Shown piece after piece: positions 37,932 to 51,404 of a stretch of 64,000 nucleotides of DNA. Position 1 is the first letter of the stretch. Each line of letters begins with the position of its first letter. The translations under genes and the position numbers were made by a program. Source of the DNA: Anthoceros angustus (Eukaryota > Plantae > Anthocerotophyta); NCBI GenBank assembly GCA_010909165.1, contig MU008151.1, forward strand, positions 372,001 through 436,000. The letters run 5' to 3'. The notes below the pieces were generated by a model that ran no database searches, was not told where the DNA came from, and saw nothing but the letters and a program-made list of their open reading frames with translations.

Positions 37932-38859
37932 TCATTGGAAGAGCCTTGCCTTGCGCTCCACTTTTTTCTTGCCCTGCCTGTTTGGACCAGCTGTTGCCAC
38001 CTTTTTAGGTGCCATGCCTGTTCGGAGCAGCTGCTGCCGCCTTTTTTAGTGCCATAGGTCCCAAAAACACCCAATACGCCGGAGTTCAGCAATATAACAC
38101 GCTATACCCTTACAGACAGAGAGGAATTGTAGACGACGGGAAAGCGGGACCGTGTCCTGAATATCTAGGGCACATAGAAGACATACGTACAGAGTAAGTA
38201 CTAAGCAGGAGACTGACATAGAAGTCTTATAAAGAACTCCATTAAAGAGGATGTCAACCTTAGAGGAAACTTACATTCTTGATTCTTGAGAATTCACGGC
38301 CTTGAACTGCTCGCAGATGGTGGCCTACACGATATCTGCTAAAAACATCACGGGGAGAACTCGGACCTCAGAGAAACGTGACAAAAAACAGTGGTTGAAT
38401 TGTGACCGGGCGCATTGCAATCCAGACTGCCGGTATTAACTCAAGCAAAATAGCTGTGAGCTCAGAGATGATGTCACCTCATGCGTCAAATAGACATCGG
38501 CAACTTAGTACGACCATGGAAATCATCATCCCTCAGTCCCTAAGGTGAGAAGCAATTTGGGAGCTAAAACAAGTGCCTCAATTTTGAACCAGACCCCGGC
38601 AAGCTTCAGGGGCAACTGTCACACTTAAAGCTCACCCTGAAAACCTTGTGCAAAAGGTGTAACCAATGAGCTATTAGATTGGGTTGAGACTGTTGGAATC
38701 TAAAGTGAGGGACTCTACTAGCACACATTCCAGGTCAAAAGGCACGAGTAAATGCATGACTAGTGTCCAGATTCAGCAACAGCCTGAATGTGGTCCAGAT
38801 TCAGAGTAACATCAACAGCACAACACAAAATGCACACAAGATGTCAGTACCTGCTTGCA

Positions 38860-39290
38860 GCAAATCAATGGCCAATGTTGACCAATGTCCCCCCAGAATG
38901 TGCTGGCGCAGGGTGAACCACCTGCAACAGCATCACAGAGGAACTCCATGAAGTCTCGCTCCACCGAAAACACACCAAAACCGACCCATATCTAACCCGA
39001 GGAATGTCTTCAGGATCTGCTTTAAGGGACGGTGCTGCCAAGAGCTTGCATTGCACACGATCACCTCCTTTCACCGTACAAGAAGCCTGTAAAACCCAGA
39101 ACAAACAGAATTACGCTTGGTACTGTGTGTGGAACCCATGCCCCCTCCCAATGCAGAAGGCATAGAATAATTGCCTTGGTAGCAGGCTGCCCATTGATGA
39201 CTGCAAGCCCATGCTTGATGCTGCCCTGGACTCGTGCCCTGCTCACTCGGGGAAGCTGCTCAATCAACCAGCTACAGGACCTAAGGCCCA
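38860..39290 (-). pseudogene. Fragment of an RluA/RluD-type RNA pseudouridine synthase (S4 domain and start of the catalytic domain)
   Basis: WLIEQLPRVSRARVQGSIKHGLAVINGQPATK, VKGGDRVQCKL...LKADPEDIP and VVHPAPAHSGGTLVN, after which the frame breaks. No catalytic RLD motif was seen. Confidence 0.8.
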
Positions 39291-39827
39291 GGGCTTCATT
39301 TTGACCGGCGCCGACCGGCATTTTCCACCTGCTCCCGGTTTTCCACCGGACAGGGACCGGCACTTTTTCGGGACTCTCGGTTCAGCCACGGTATGTTGAA
39401 ACAAGTTACTTCGAACATGGATTGCCTATTACTCTATATTTATACTTTTAAATTAATTAAAGAACAAGCCAAGGTGGAAGCGAAGTGTGATCTACACATA
39501 AACTGGGACGGCCGCCACGAAAAAAATGGGCACTTGTTATATCCACATTATTTTTTAAATAATCTTTAATGCTCAAAAACTGGTTCAATCGATTTTGTAA
39601 TTTTAATTTACAGTTAGTAATTTATAAAAATTAATTATTCATTATTACTGGAAATAATATAGTCAATTTACATTTGAAGCTGTAGGTAGTCCACTTTTGC
39701 TTTTGTGACCAAATGTGGTTTGCCTAAGTGTGCATGCACGAAAGTCTTCTTGTTTATATCCGTACACTATTGCACCTATGTTCTTTTAAAACTCTCTCAA
39801 TAATATGCTATTATATCAACAAATAAG

Positions 39828-41736
39828 TTAATAATCAATAGTGCCTTGAATAATTTTGTAATCTCTTCCCAGAATTCCAAGTACAACTTGAGCTGCTGCA
39901 CTTTCGGCATTTTTCTTGCATGTTTGTGGGGTACCTATACGTATGATAGTTTCAATGACCTCACTCGTACTTGAATTCGTGATTGAGACCTTTACCCTGC
40001 ATGTGAATCTGTACAATAATATTATTGTGAGCATAGGTTTCAAGTTGCAGCTTCTCATAATAAATATGTAGGTAATATCTCACCTTATCTCATGAAACGG
40101 TCCTTCTACATTCTCTATGGAGTATATTGGTAAGTGCCAATGTCTTCGCAAACAGATTTCATTGAGCTGTGACTTGTATTGAGAAAAAGAAACGTCATGT
40201 ATTGTTTTCTTATATGTCGTATGGTCTACAAAAGTAAAAATATTGTTAAGATAAGGATTCAAATTTTGAATATAATAAAGATTGATGTATAAGAATGCTT
40301 ACTTAGCTTGTTTTGTAGACCTTCCATCAAATCTATAGCGTTGCGCTGTACCTGGATCAATTAAAGACACATTCTTTACCAACTTTTTTTGTTGTAAACT
40401 TGATCGTGGATTTAATTCAGAGTAGTCCAAAACTTGATTGTGGATTAAATTCAGAATAGTCCAAAACTTGATTGTGGATTTAATTCAAAGTAGTCCTAAA
40501 CTTGATTGTGGATTTAATTCAGAGCAGTCCAAAACTTGATTGTGGATTTAATTCAGAGCAGTCCAAAACTTGATTGTGGATTTAATTCAGAGTAGTCCAC
40601 TAGGACTTTTTACAACAGACGGCTCCGTAGCGTATTTTTTTTTATAACAGGGGACTCCGTAGGGCTTTTTTTACAAGAGGGGATGGTCCCAACAGTGAAC
40701 TAACTCAAAGTTGCTTGACCGTGGAGTTTGAATGGACCCACGTTTATGTGTTCCTCTTGAAGATAGGACTTCATCAATTTTCAAGTTTTCATAGTATGAA
40801 TCTTAATTTTAAATAAGGCTTTTATTTTGGTGCAACCATTATTCTTTTTCGTATTATGACATGAAGTAAAAAAGGACATAGGATTCTTACCAATAAAGGA
40901 GGAGCTAATAACACATCCAGAGTGAGTATCGGCGATAGAAGTGGTTTTATAATTTCCCACGTTTTTTGAAAATCATCCTCTGTATCAAGAAAAATTGCAG
41001 CAATTATACTTTCGACAACATCTGCCAAAACCTGCTTAAGAGATCAGATTTAAATAAGTTATTTATTTGGCCTTATAAAAACCTCATATTATACATACAT
41101 ACATCTAAAATGCATAAACCACAAAGAAAATTCAATAATAAAAACAATAAAGTACCTTTGGACATTTCTCTTTTTCATCAAGACCTTCATGAACGATTTT
41201 AGTGTAGCTCATGATATGAGCATGAATTTTTTTTTCTTTGTGTTGTATGTAGCGGCTGAAATTATGCTTGACTGCAATTTTTGCCAGTGACTCGTTGTTT
41301 GCCATAGCTGCCCTCATACGGGTCATGTCCCCTTGTGAAGCATTTGGATAAGTAGCATAGAAGTGTCTAGTTAACATGGCATAAAGCAAGCTGTCCCCTA
41401 GATGTTCTAGCCGCTGTAAAAACATTCAATCTAGTTAACACGGTATAAAGCAAGCTGGCCCCAAGATGTTCTAGTTGCTGAAAAAACATTCAATCACAAG
41501 ACATGATTCGAGGAAGAAGGGAAATCAAGTGTAACTTTATTAGTACGTCGCAGTAAAAAGTTAAAAAATAAATAAAACTCCATCCCGATAGCTTATACCT
41601 CGTAAGATTTGCCTTGCTTATGCGACTTGTGAGTTATTGCCTCTAACAAAATACTTTTATCCCGAAAAACATAGCCTAATATTTGCTCGAGTGCATGGAT
41701 GGCTTGGCTTGGTGAGAGAGTTACGGATTCTTCCAT
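39828..41736 (-). CDS. RNASE THREE-LIKE (RTL) protein: one RNase III domain plus one dsRBD, 6 exons, apparently intact
   Basis: MEESV...LEQILGYVFRDKSILLEAITHKSH...SYE|RLEHLGDSLL...RAAMANNESLAKIAVKH...KCPK|VLADVVESIIAAIFLD...|VQRNAIDL..|YKSQLNEICLRRHWHLPIY...GPFHEI|RFTCRV...KKNAESAAAQVVL. All five GT-AG introns are phase-consistent, and the catalytic E/D and D/E residues are present. Confidence 0.9.
40396..40599. repeat. 34-bp minisatellite, 6 copies, in RTL intron 3
   Basis: aaacttgattgtggatttaattcagagtagtcca repeated six times with few substitutions. Confidence 0.95.
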
Positions 41737-42629
41737 TACTTCAACTTAGGTCCAACTAAGATAGATGGGATAGGAAGAGTTAGTTATGACAGATAGGTTC
41801 GAATTTTAAATGTCACCACAGAAATCCAGGTGCACTGGACTCTTTTGAATGAATTTTATAGTGCGAAAACCACCTATCTAATAATGCTACTGGTAATGAT
41901 CATAGTGATGGGTAACTGAGTTCTAAAATTAGCTAAGTACTTTTATATGCACATCAATCTTTATATACAAGATCGATTTGTGTTGTCAAGTTAGATAGTT
42001 TCTTTTCTAAGAAAAATTTGCCTTGTCCAACCAAGTAGTTTCTTCTTGCTATTCTAAAGTCTAAGTGAGTAATTGACGTAATAATTACTAGTACCTTAAA
42101 TTTACTAATTTAAATAAATACTAGTTTTAAAATTTTAATTAAGTACCTTGAACCTTACTAATTATTTAATAATACTTCAGATCTTGCTATTTCAAGTAAG
42201 AGTTTTAAGGCTTGAATATCCTTGACCGGAACCTCTCTAATTCAGGTACTAGTTTTAAAGCTTAAATACTTTGGAGGGCAAGGCCTTTCATACATGTTGC
42301 CTGTGCATACCTTTACCTGACCCCGTAAGTTACATGACCGGATAAAACATCCCTGCTTGTGACTGACAGCAGGGGATCCTGCCAGGTGGGGCCGTCTCGC
42401 CGCTTCTTCGTGTTCGAGAGTTCGAGGTATTTGTGATCATGAAGCAGCGAGATTCTGCCGGGGGCTTGCCATTGGCAGCTCCAACGTGGCTCGTGTGGTC
42501 GCTGCCTTCTTGACACGCAAGCCGTTCCAGTGGACTTGCAACTCCTGGCGTCCTCCCTTTGGATCAAGCTAGCACAGTGGCGGCACTGGAGAACCTGCAG
42601 CAGCGCCCGCCCCTGGCCAAGGAAAAGCT

Positions 42630-42910
42630 CATCCAAACTCCAGGCCTTCTGGGCCGCCTTTGAGACCGCATCTCGGCCTGCTGCGATCGCGAGTTGCCGT
42701 CAATTGAGCATCAGGATCAGCCACATCGCAATGGCTCTGTGCTCGGAAGCAGCAGCAGCGGCGGCTGTGGTGGTGGGCGAAGTCTGCTCCAGGATGCCTT
42801 CTCCCGCTGGCAAACGCGGTGCAAGGGCGGTGTTCTGCAGGCCGCTCGCAGTGGGCTGCCGTATGTCCTGGACGCAGGTAGCACCGCCGCCCGCGTTGCA
42901 TTCTCTGGTT
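42630..42910 (-). pseudogene. Possible degenerate multi-CCHC zinc-knuckle fragment
   Basis: RCYL-RPGHTAAHCERPAEHRPC...H...CCC..SH.DV resembles tandem Cx2Cx4Hx4C knuckles, with several ligands missing. Confidence 0.3.
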
Positions 42911-43872
42911 GTGGAGGATAAGAGCTGTGCCACAGGGGGATGCAGTTGCTGACTGCTGATGCTTTGGTCATGCATCTGCCAGGGAGGCCAGGACGAAACC
43001 TCGCCTGTAAGCTACGGGAGCCTGGGGAGGGAGAGCCAGTGGCTCAGTGAGAACTTCCTGGACCTGCGTTTGAGATCCTCATCGTGAGTGAACATCTCTT
43101 GCGGAGATGAAACAGTATAGTGACATGAATCCTTACCAGCATTGGTCACCTTGTGTGCCGGGCCCTTGGTTGAGGTAGTGTCTGCATTGCAGGCTCATCT
43201 CCAGTGAAGCTTCCAGTGCCTTGAGGCGGCATTTTGAAGTAAGGGACCCGGTCATGGAGAAGGAAGCAGGGTCTGACGAATCTTCAGGCTGGCAACATTC
43301 TATGGCAAGAGTGCATGATCAGGTTCCGTGTCTTTCCTGCATTGATTCCGTCGGTGCAGACTGTTGCAAATCTGTGCGCTTCTCTGAGCACATAGCACAT
43401 CTTTCATCTGTGTGTTTAGATGTTGATGGGCGACTATGAGTACAATGCGCTTGAGAGCTATCACTCCGCGCCCTCTGCTTCTCGTTGCAGCTTCTTGGAA
43501 GAGTCTTGGTGCTGAGGAAGATCGGAACAGAGTCTGTACAAGGGCAACATGAATGAATGGCCTTTGAAATAGGCTTGCTGTGAAATAGGTAGTGAGTAGC
43601 GGATTGTACAGATGAGAGCCAGAACAGTGAAAGACAACGGTGACAAGCGAAGTGTACCAATGGAACTTGCGTATAATGTTGAGCTTCGATTGTTTTGTCA
43701 GCGAATGCTGAGGAGCGGTTGTGACATTATACAGGGCCACACTCAGTTAGAGTTGGAACTAGTACAGATGAATCGAGAACCAATGTTCCTGACGCCAATA
43801 TTCCTGTGCTACCTACAAAACTGGAATTGCAGTCTTAGTGTGCACGTATGTCCAAATATGGGGAACACGCTA

Positions 43873-45272
43873 TCATGGTTCCCAAGTGTCCCAGCCGTCT
43901 TTGTTGGTCCGCCTCGAGTTCAAGCCTTTGGCAGACAGGCTTGGCACTAGTGACCGAGCAGAAGTTCTTGCAGCTTCAGTGTCCTCCCACTCTTCGTCAT
44001 CCCACACTTCATCCCATCCATCGGCAGATGAGTCCTGGCCAAAAACACTTGATAGGTCGACGGGAGGAGAACTCATCTCCACTTCCTGGTACTTTGCACC
44101 AGCCCCATGCCGCTTTCGTGCCTTGCATCGGTAACAGATGCAGCTGCATGTAGTTCCCAATATAGCCAACACCACCAGGACCCCTCCAATGACTCTCGCG
44201 CCCCCTCCCCACGCAACAAGGCTCTGGAAACGATCAGGGTGTGATGAAACATTCGGCTTCTCAGAGGGCACTTCGGCCTCACAGGATATCTGTGTGCCCG
44301 TCAAGCTGATGGTGAGCAGGGCGGGGTCGGCCGTGGCTGTGTTGATCACCCCAATCGTCACCTGCAAGGCCACGTGATGAGCTACTCCTTCCTGGAGGAC
44401 ATGCAAAGACATCCGCAATAGCTGCAAAGAGTTTGCAAAGAGTTTGCTTACTTCAGATTCCCCGTCCCTGATCTCCAGCTCACTAGGCTCCACTTTGAGG
44501 TTGCCTGGAGAAGTGATCTTAACCAGCACGCCCTTCGAGCCCTCCTGTTTCAGCTTCAAAAACCAACGGTGATCTGGAATCGTACGACACGCGTTCCTTT
44601 AGCCTCATCAGCAGCCCGAGGGACACCGGCTCTAAATCAAGGCCGAAAACAACTGGAAAGAAACAGCTTACCTTCATCTCCAGTCTGATTGATGCAGTAG
44701 GAAACCTTGCTGGTATTGCAAGGCCGGTAAGAACAAAATGATTCAGTTTCCTTTGCCTTGGCATCTTTGCTAACCCCGTCTCCTGGGGGAACCCGTTCTA
44801 AACCATCAGGCGGAGCCAGAAGAGGAGGAGGCGGAGGAGGTGGAGACGTATTCGGAAGTGGAGGGGGTGGAGGAGGTGGAGACAGAGAAGGAGCTGGAGG
44901 AGGTTCTGCTCGCCCCGGCAGTGCAGCTGTCGGATTCGGATCTTTCACAGTCGGGGAAGCCGGCTGTGGAGGACCCTGCGCTGTCGTCTCCCCGCCCGAC
45001 GTGGATCCACCTTCAGCTACATCAGCCGCCGCCGCTGTCTTAGTTTCCTGCCCTGCAACATCCCCTTCCAATCTCCTACCACCAGCCAGCCGGAGCGGGT
45101 CACCTAGCCTCATCGCGTCCACAGCTCCCCCATCTTCCACGGACACGTCTTTCGCCACTGGTTGAGAGGCGAAGATCTTCCCCGCACCTCCAGCAAGAAG
45201 TGACAGCCACACAAGCCACACTACGAAGGCCGGGAGAGCAGAAGCCCGCCGTCCTGCTGTACTCACTGCCAT
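43873..45272 (-). CDS. Uncharacterised type-I membrane protein (At1g64385/At3g51580-like family)
   Basis: Signal peptide, Pro-rich linker, C..C.CI, VLVKITSPG, a TM helix (VIGGVLVVLAILG), then KYQEVEM, DGWDEVWDDEEWED and SLSAKGLNSRRTNKDGWD. Confidence 0.78.
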
Positions 45273-46100
45273 TCCAGCTGCTGGTTGTCGATTACACTAT
45301 CTGTCCATATCCCGGCTGTGCAAGCGAATCAATCAAGCGCCTTCCACTTCCGATCCAAGCCACTCAGGTTTGTCCCGGCTTCCGATCAGCAGCCTTTTCG
45401 ATGAGGTGAAACCGAATTAGGCCATCCCTTCACGGCCATTCGAGTCCGTCGCTTGCCAGCTGACACCTCCTGAGCTCACCACAACCGATCCGGGGAACGC
45501 ACACGTCAACACGCAAGGGCTCCAAAAACGCAGCCCAGACATAACACAATCGCAAACTATGTACAGGGATCGCAGCAAACCGGGAGCCAGCATGGAATTG
45601 GCACCAAAACCTCATCGTCCGCGAGATTCTTCACATCGAAGCCTACTCTCCCTCAATCCACAGTCGTCAACCTCGTTTTGCCTCGACACAGTCGTCACGA
45701 TCGGCACCCGGGTTAACTGTACCCTGACCCCAGCCTAGGGCTAGGATATCCCCGACTCCCATGTTTAAGGCGTTGCCGTGTTGGAGAGTGTCGTGACTAG
45801 TTTCAGCTAGCCGGTAACTCATCACTGTTTTTCGGATGTAGGCCAATGGATTTCGGACCCGCGACCTCCCTATGTGGGTGGACACACTAACAAACCTCTC
45901 ATCCCAACTTCAGCACTGCTATGACTCTTTGCTGAGTCTCCTAATACGGATAAGCCAAATGGCTCAAGTTTCTCACCGGTTCCGTGCAACATTCCAGATT
46001 TCACGTAGTTGGAGGCTACAGAGATCCATTATCCCACAATGCAAATGCAAATGCCGATGCAAATGCATTTCTCACAACGGAAGCAAGTGGAATGATAGCT

Positions 46101-49100
46101 TTAATCCAAGGGGCCTGGAAACAGCATCACTGTGCAAATACATACACTTGCTGCAAAAAAGAGAGGAGTGAACCCACCTCTCCGGCCTGCACCCCCACCC
46201 ACACCACCTCCACAGGCACCTGTGCCTTGCCCGACAGCAGCACCGGGTGGCTTGTTAGATAGACGCCGTTTATATCGTTTCAACACAGATGCCAAGTTGC
46301 CTTTTCCTATAGGAAAAGCAACATCTCCGGCAGCTGTACCAGTGCGTCCTTTGCGATGCCCCACTGCTGATTCCACATCTCTGATGATGTCCAAGAACAT
46401 GGAGGCACTGGCACCCTTACCCTGGACAGCACAAGCCGCGTTCTGTCCCCATGGTGAGTTGCCGTGTGCATTTTTAGGTGAGTAACCGTTGGAAGGTGGG
46501 AATGCGTTGATGTGTTCCAGACCTCCATAGTCTCTCGCACTGCCTTGTCTGCCAATGGATGTTTGCTTTACTCCATTTTCCAGTACCCCATACTCTTGCA
46601 GACACAGACAAGGCAATGGGACCAGCCGTGGTTTCCCAAAAGCTGGCTCGAGGATACCCTGCAGCGGAAGCAGTTTAGGTCAGCATAAGCTTCTCAAACT
46701 GTGTCGGAGCAGATCAAGTGAGTGGCTAGAAGACTGATACCTGAAGCCGGTTCAATACGTATGTGTATTTCCCCCAGAGTTCTGGCCTGCTCTCCATCAC
46801 AGAAAGCTCCAGGACACGATGAACACACCACACTCCAAAGCTGAGCAGCAGTCCCTTGCTCCAAACACATTGATCACCACAACGGGGCATGGCACTGGTT
46901 CCAAAGCTAAGTTCAGGACCATTCTTTACTGGAACGCCCACAGATCGACCGTGGTTCTGCCAGTGCTGCTGGTCGCTGCACATTCTATTGAGTGAGTCAG
47001 AGGCCAACCTCTGATGAGCCGCAATGGAAGCAATAAGGTCCTGGTCTGAGCCACCACTGTCAAAACGAAATAGCCAATCTGAACCTTCCAACCATGACAG
47101 CTTGACAATACATGCCTTGAAACTCTCCAGCATTTCTACTTCAAAATCGGTTGCCCCAGCATTCCCACTAGGCGGAATAGAAGGTCTACCAGAACCATCC
47201 ATACCAAGAGGTTGGATTCTACCATCCAAAGAACTCTCTGTCGTTCCGAAAAGTTGCTCAAATGGCTGCGTCGACCAAAGGGACTGATTTCCAGAAGCTG
47301 GCATTGGCTGGGTCGAGAAGCCATCTTTGGATGACCGAGACGGTGAAATTTCATCAAATGCCAATGGAACCCTAGATTCAGTACCAAACTCTTCCTGCCC
47401 AAGTGCAGAACCACTGAACGTAGCAGGCCGTGTACCCTCAGTCCACTGAGAAACTGAGTCGAATTGATGTGTCATATCCAGTTCCCCAGTCGCTCTAGAC
47501 ACAAGCGGATCCCATCGGCCTGTGGCTCTGCTCACAAGAGGACTCCACCGAGGGAACTCATACTCTGATGGCCCAAAGCTGGAATCATCTGGAATCACTA
47601 CATTGGACTGGCCTGCCTGTCTTGAATATCGCATATCCAGGTACATGGGTCTTGCTTTCACTCTGGGAGAGACAGGGCTACTACTAGGACTAGATCGATT
47701 CATAAATGAAATACTTTGATATCCATGAATCGTGGCAGGTTGGTGGTCATACTCCTCACGAGATGCAGGAAGCTTCATACTGGAATAAGGGCGTTCATTT
47801 CTGAACTGTCCACTCCTGCCCAGTATATCAGGTGAAAGGCCAAATCGAGATGAAGTTGATGCTGCTGCATTAGTGTGTGCGCGCAGATATGCATCCATTC
47901 GGCCCAGCTGGTCAGAGAAAGTCTGTGTTTGCCAGGATTTCTTGGGCTGCCTGGAAGCAAATGACTGCAGGTCACCCCTTTCATTCCCATTCTGCTGTCT
48001 CTGTTTCGCCGCTGTACCATGCTTGGTGCTCGGTGGCCCTACTGGCTGCCCATGGAAGTCGAAAATATTGCCCCAAAATTCATCGAGGATTGCAGCAAAT
48101 TGCCGCCGAGCTGCTCGGCCCAACCCTGAAAGTCTGGATAGACTACCACTGCCACTTCCGCCCCCACTACCTTCACTGGTGTCACTTCGGCCTCCAACAC
48201 TTCGTCCTGACCCAGGGCCTTCATATACCAGGGAGGTGAGACTTCCACTACGGCCAGGCAGGACCACGTCTTCAGGCCCTACATTCTCCCAGGCATCTGC
48301 TTCCTCGTGTGTGTCTAGCAAGTCCAAATCTGCATCAAGGCCTACCTCTGCATCCACCTCTGCCTCGGAGTGTTTCAATGTTGAAGAATCGATGTCACCC
48401 TCCTTCAAGTCACGCATCAAGCTCTCACTTTTACTGCCCGCACTCCCCAGCATAGACCCTGCTGGAGACTGTGCAAGAGGTGATGGGCCTGGAGTTGAAG
48501 TTGAGCTCGGAGACGAAAGCGACTCCTCAAGAAAACAGTCATCACAGCTGACCACAGGCGGTCGCTTCAATACTTCTGCTTCAGGATCTGCCTCCACACT
48601 TAAATTGGACGCAGACTTTGATGGCACAGCATAACCAAGCAATCCCTGAATAGATTCACCTAGGCCCCTCGACAGTGAGCCTTCTTGAGAAGAGGCTAGA
48701 CAATTGCTGGAAGGCAAATCAACACTCTTTTCATGGTGTTTCTGTTCATGTTCAGCACAAGGAGGATGATCCTGTGCTGCATTTATGTCACTACCAATTA
48801 CCCCCTCCTGTTTTGAAACAGTTTCTCCTTGCATCATTTCATATTCCTCGATCCACAATTGCCTCCGCAGCTCTTGACTCTCAACTCGCAATGGGGTTAT
48901 AATCATCCAGACCAGGAAACCCACTGACATAAATACTGCAACTAGCATGGTAGAAAACAAGGCTGCTTGTCCTGTCTCTGCCCATGTCAGCGACCACCAC
49001 TCTAGGTTTGCTACTGTCTCCCAGCTTGCAAAATTTACCCACTCATCACTTTCTCCGAAAAGCATGTCGGAGACAAGCCATATGTCCAGAAAGAAAACTA

Positions 49101-50840
49101 TACCTACTGCGATCCAAGCTAAAGATTTTACAGCAGCAGAATTTTTGTGGGCGCCCATATGGGCACCAGATGAGGTTACCTTAATGAGGGGGACTACAGT
49201 AAAAGGAAGCTGCAGGGCAAGAAAGACCTGCGAAAAAATCAGTAATTGATATGTCCCTTGACTGCCAGTCCTCCAGACACACACAGCTGCAGGAATAATA
49301 GCTGTAAGCCGTATACAGAATCGATGCACCCACCCATGCATTTTGGCCTGAAGAAACCCCTCCAGAGCTACCTGCCCTGCTACAGTTCCTGTGAATGCTG
49401 AGAGCTGGCCCGCACATACCAAAGCTAAGCCAAAGACTGCTGGTGCCATAGCATTGTCCAATATCTGCAGACCCACACCAAGTGTTCATATTCCATAATC
49501 ATCTTCATCGACACAGCAGGGCTTTCTGATAGACACCAAAAGACACAAATACAAAGTTCAGCAATCAAGCCAGAACTAGTCAACTACAGCCTGTACATGT
49601 CCCTTACATGTTCCATGAGTGCATGGGCATCTTGAAGAGTAAGAACCACAAGCCCAGCGTTGTGGAAAGTGGTGGCAGCCACCATGAGAACCACCAAGTT
49701 GACAATAAGAGCTGCACCAAATGCGACTGCAATATCTACAAAATTGTACCTACAAAGAACATCAAACGACCCCCTCCACCTCTCCCGTTGACCCTGCAGT
49801 GTGTGAATCGCACAGGCAAGTTAGAGTGGCTTCCAACCTTGAAGCACACGACCCTGTGCAAACTTGGCACCATGGCCGGAAGGCACATCTTGCAAGCTAA
49901 ATTACCTGAAGAAGAGAGGAATGCAGATACAAGTTGTGGGGCATGATATTCGCGCCAAACAGACTGACTACAGTGTACAGGCTCTCCCGCCTCAGCCTGG
50001 GTACCATCCCGGACACGACAGCAGCCATCGGAGGATTGCTCAGCAGGATATGCAGAACAAAGCAAAGGAGCACGAGTCCAATAACACACACCGACGCCAT
50101 CTCCGCCTTCCGAACACCCTGCAAGACGAGAACGCTACAAGCTCAGCAAACGTACGGGCATTCATGTTCCACGTACTTTAGCACCTACAGGAAAAGGCAA
50201 AAACAAGGCCTTCATACCAGTAAGGGCAGAATCAACAGGTACAGAATTGCATCCGCTGCCATAAGGAATATACTGGAAAGCATCGGAAAATGCAGGAGAA
50301 GGTCCAAGCCGATAGCAGTCCCCAACACCTGAACACAAAAACATCACAATTCAGTCCACCAACCCATACCCACAGAACATACCCTCCCATTCACATTCCC
50401 GAGCAGGACATCACCATAGTCAAGTCTTGAGCTACGACGGACATTTCGCACAGAATCCACATAAACAGGGACGTTGCTTTCGGGTACTCCTCCCTGCAAA
50501 TCTGCACTCGGAAGCACGCCAATGTCAGTAAAACCCCACTGCACCCGGGCGTACATGCATGCATGCCGAACGCTGGGAGCAATCAGACCCTGCTGCCCAC
50601 CTGAGCCAGGTGCTTCCCCGTCACCAACCCTAACCGGGCTGCCAAAGTCTGCAGAAACAGCGCCATGACGTTGGCCAACACCACCACCCACACCAGCTCG
50701 TACCCGAACCGTGATCCCCCCTCGATGGCCGTTGCCCAGTTCCCGGGATCCATGTACCCCACCGAGACCAGAAATGCTGGCCCCAGAAACGGCACAAACG
50801 TGGCCACGGCTGCCTGGGCCCTGCCCATGGCCAGGCCCAT
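46101..50840 (-). CDS. EIN2: ETHYLENE INSENSITIVE 2 (NRAMP-like N-terminus plus CEND signalling domain)
   Basis: [104 protein letters not shown]|GILE and [35 protein letters not shown]. Confidence 0.97.
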
Positions 50841-51404
50841 GCCCCCGAGTCTCAAAACGCCAACGACTTGCGTCACGCCCGGCGCTCCATCCTCCTACCC
50901 TGTTGCACACACACACTCTCCTGCTCCTGCTCCTGCTCCTGCTGGGCTCGCCTCGCCTCTGCCCGTCTCTTGCTGCAGTCACGATCCGATTTAACCCACA
51001 TTGTGGACCCAAATTCCGCAACCAGGCGCTCTAGGATTTCCCGTCGGACTTCTCCGCCATCAGCAGCTGCCGCTGACTCGTGTTTCGGCGCCCGCGCGTG
51101 TCCGTGCAAGTCCGATTACGATCCCCCCCGGCCCCCCACAGTTCGGGCTTCACTCCCACATGCAGCACTTGCGAGCAGTGTATCTCCCATGTATCTTTGC
51201 ATGTGAGAGGGTTCGAACCCCGGACTCTGGCTCGAACCCGCGGCCCGGGTTCGAACCCGGGACCTGTGTTCCAACCATGTTCTCGAAGTACCCTAAGCAC
51301 AAACATGACAACGCAGCATCGTTTTAACCCACCATGGTTTATATGGATCCAGCCTTGCCATGCTGCATGTCCCTTTGCCGGGAGCCGCCGACGCTGGAGG
51401 CGGC

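Noticed and set aside
40396-40599. CRISPR-like array
   Set aside because: The units are contiguous with no unique spacers, the context is eukaryotic, and no cas genes are present.
51209-51300. A functional tRNA-Pro gene
   Set aside because: No acceptor stem or D-arm could be formed; it is kept only as a B-box-like finding.
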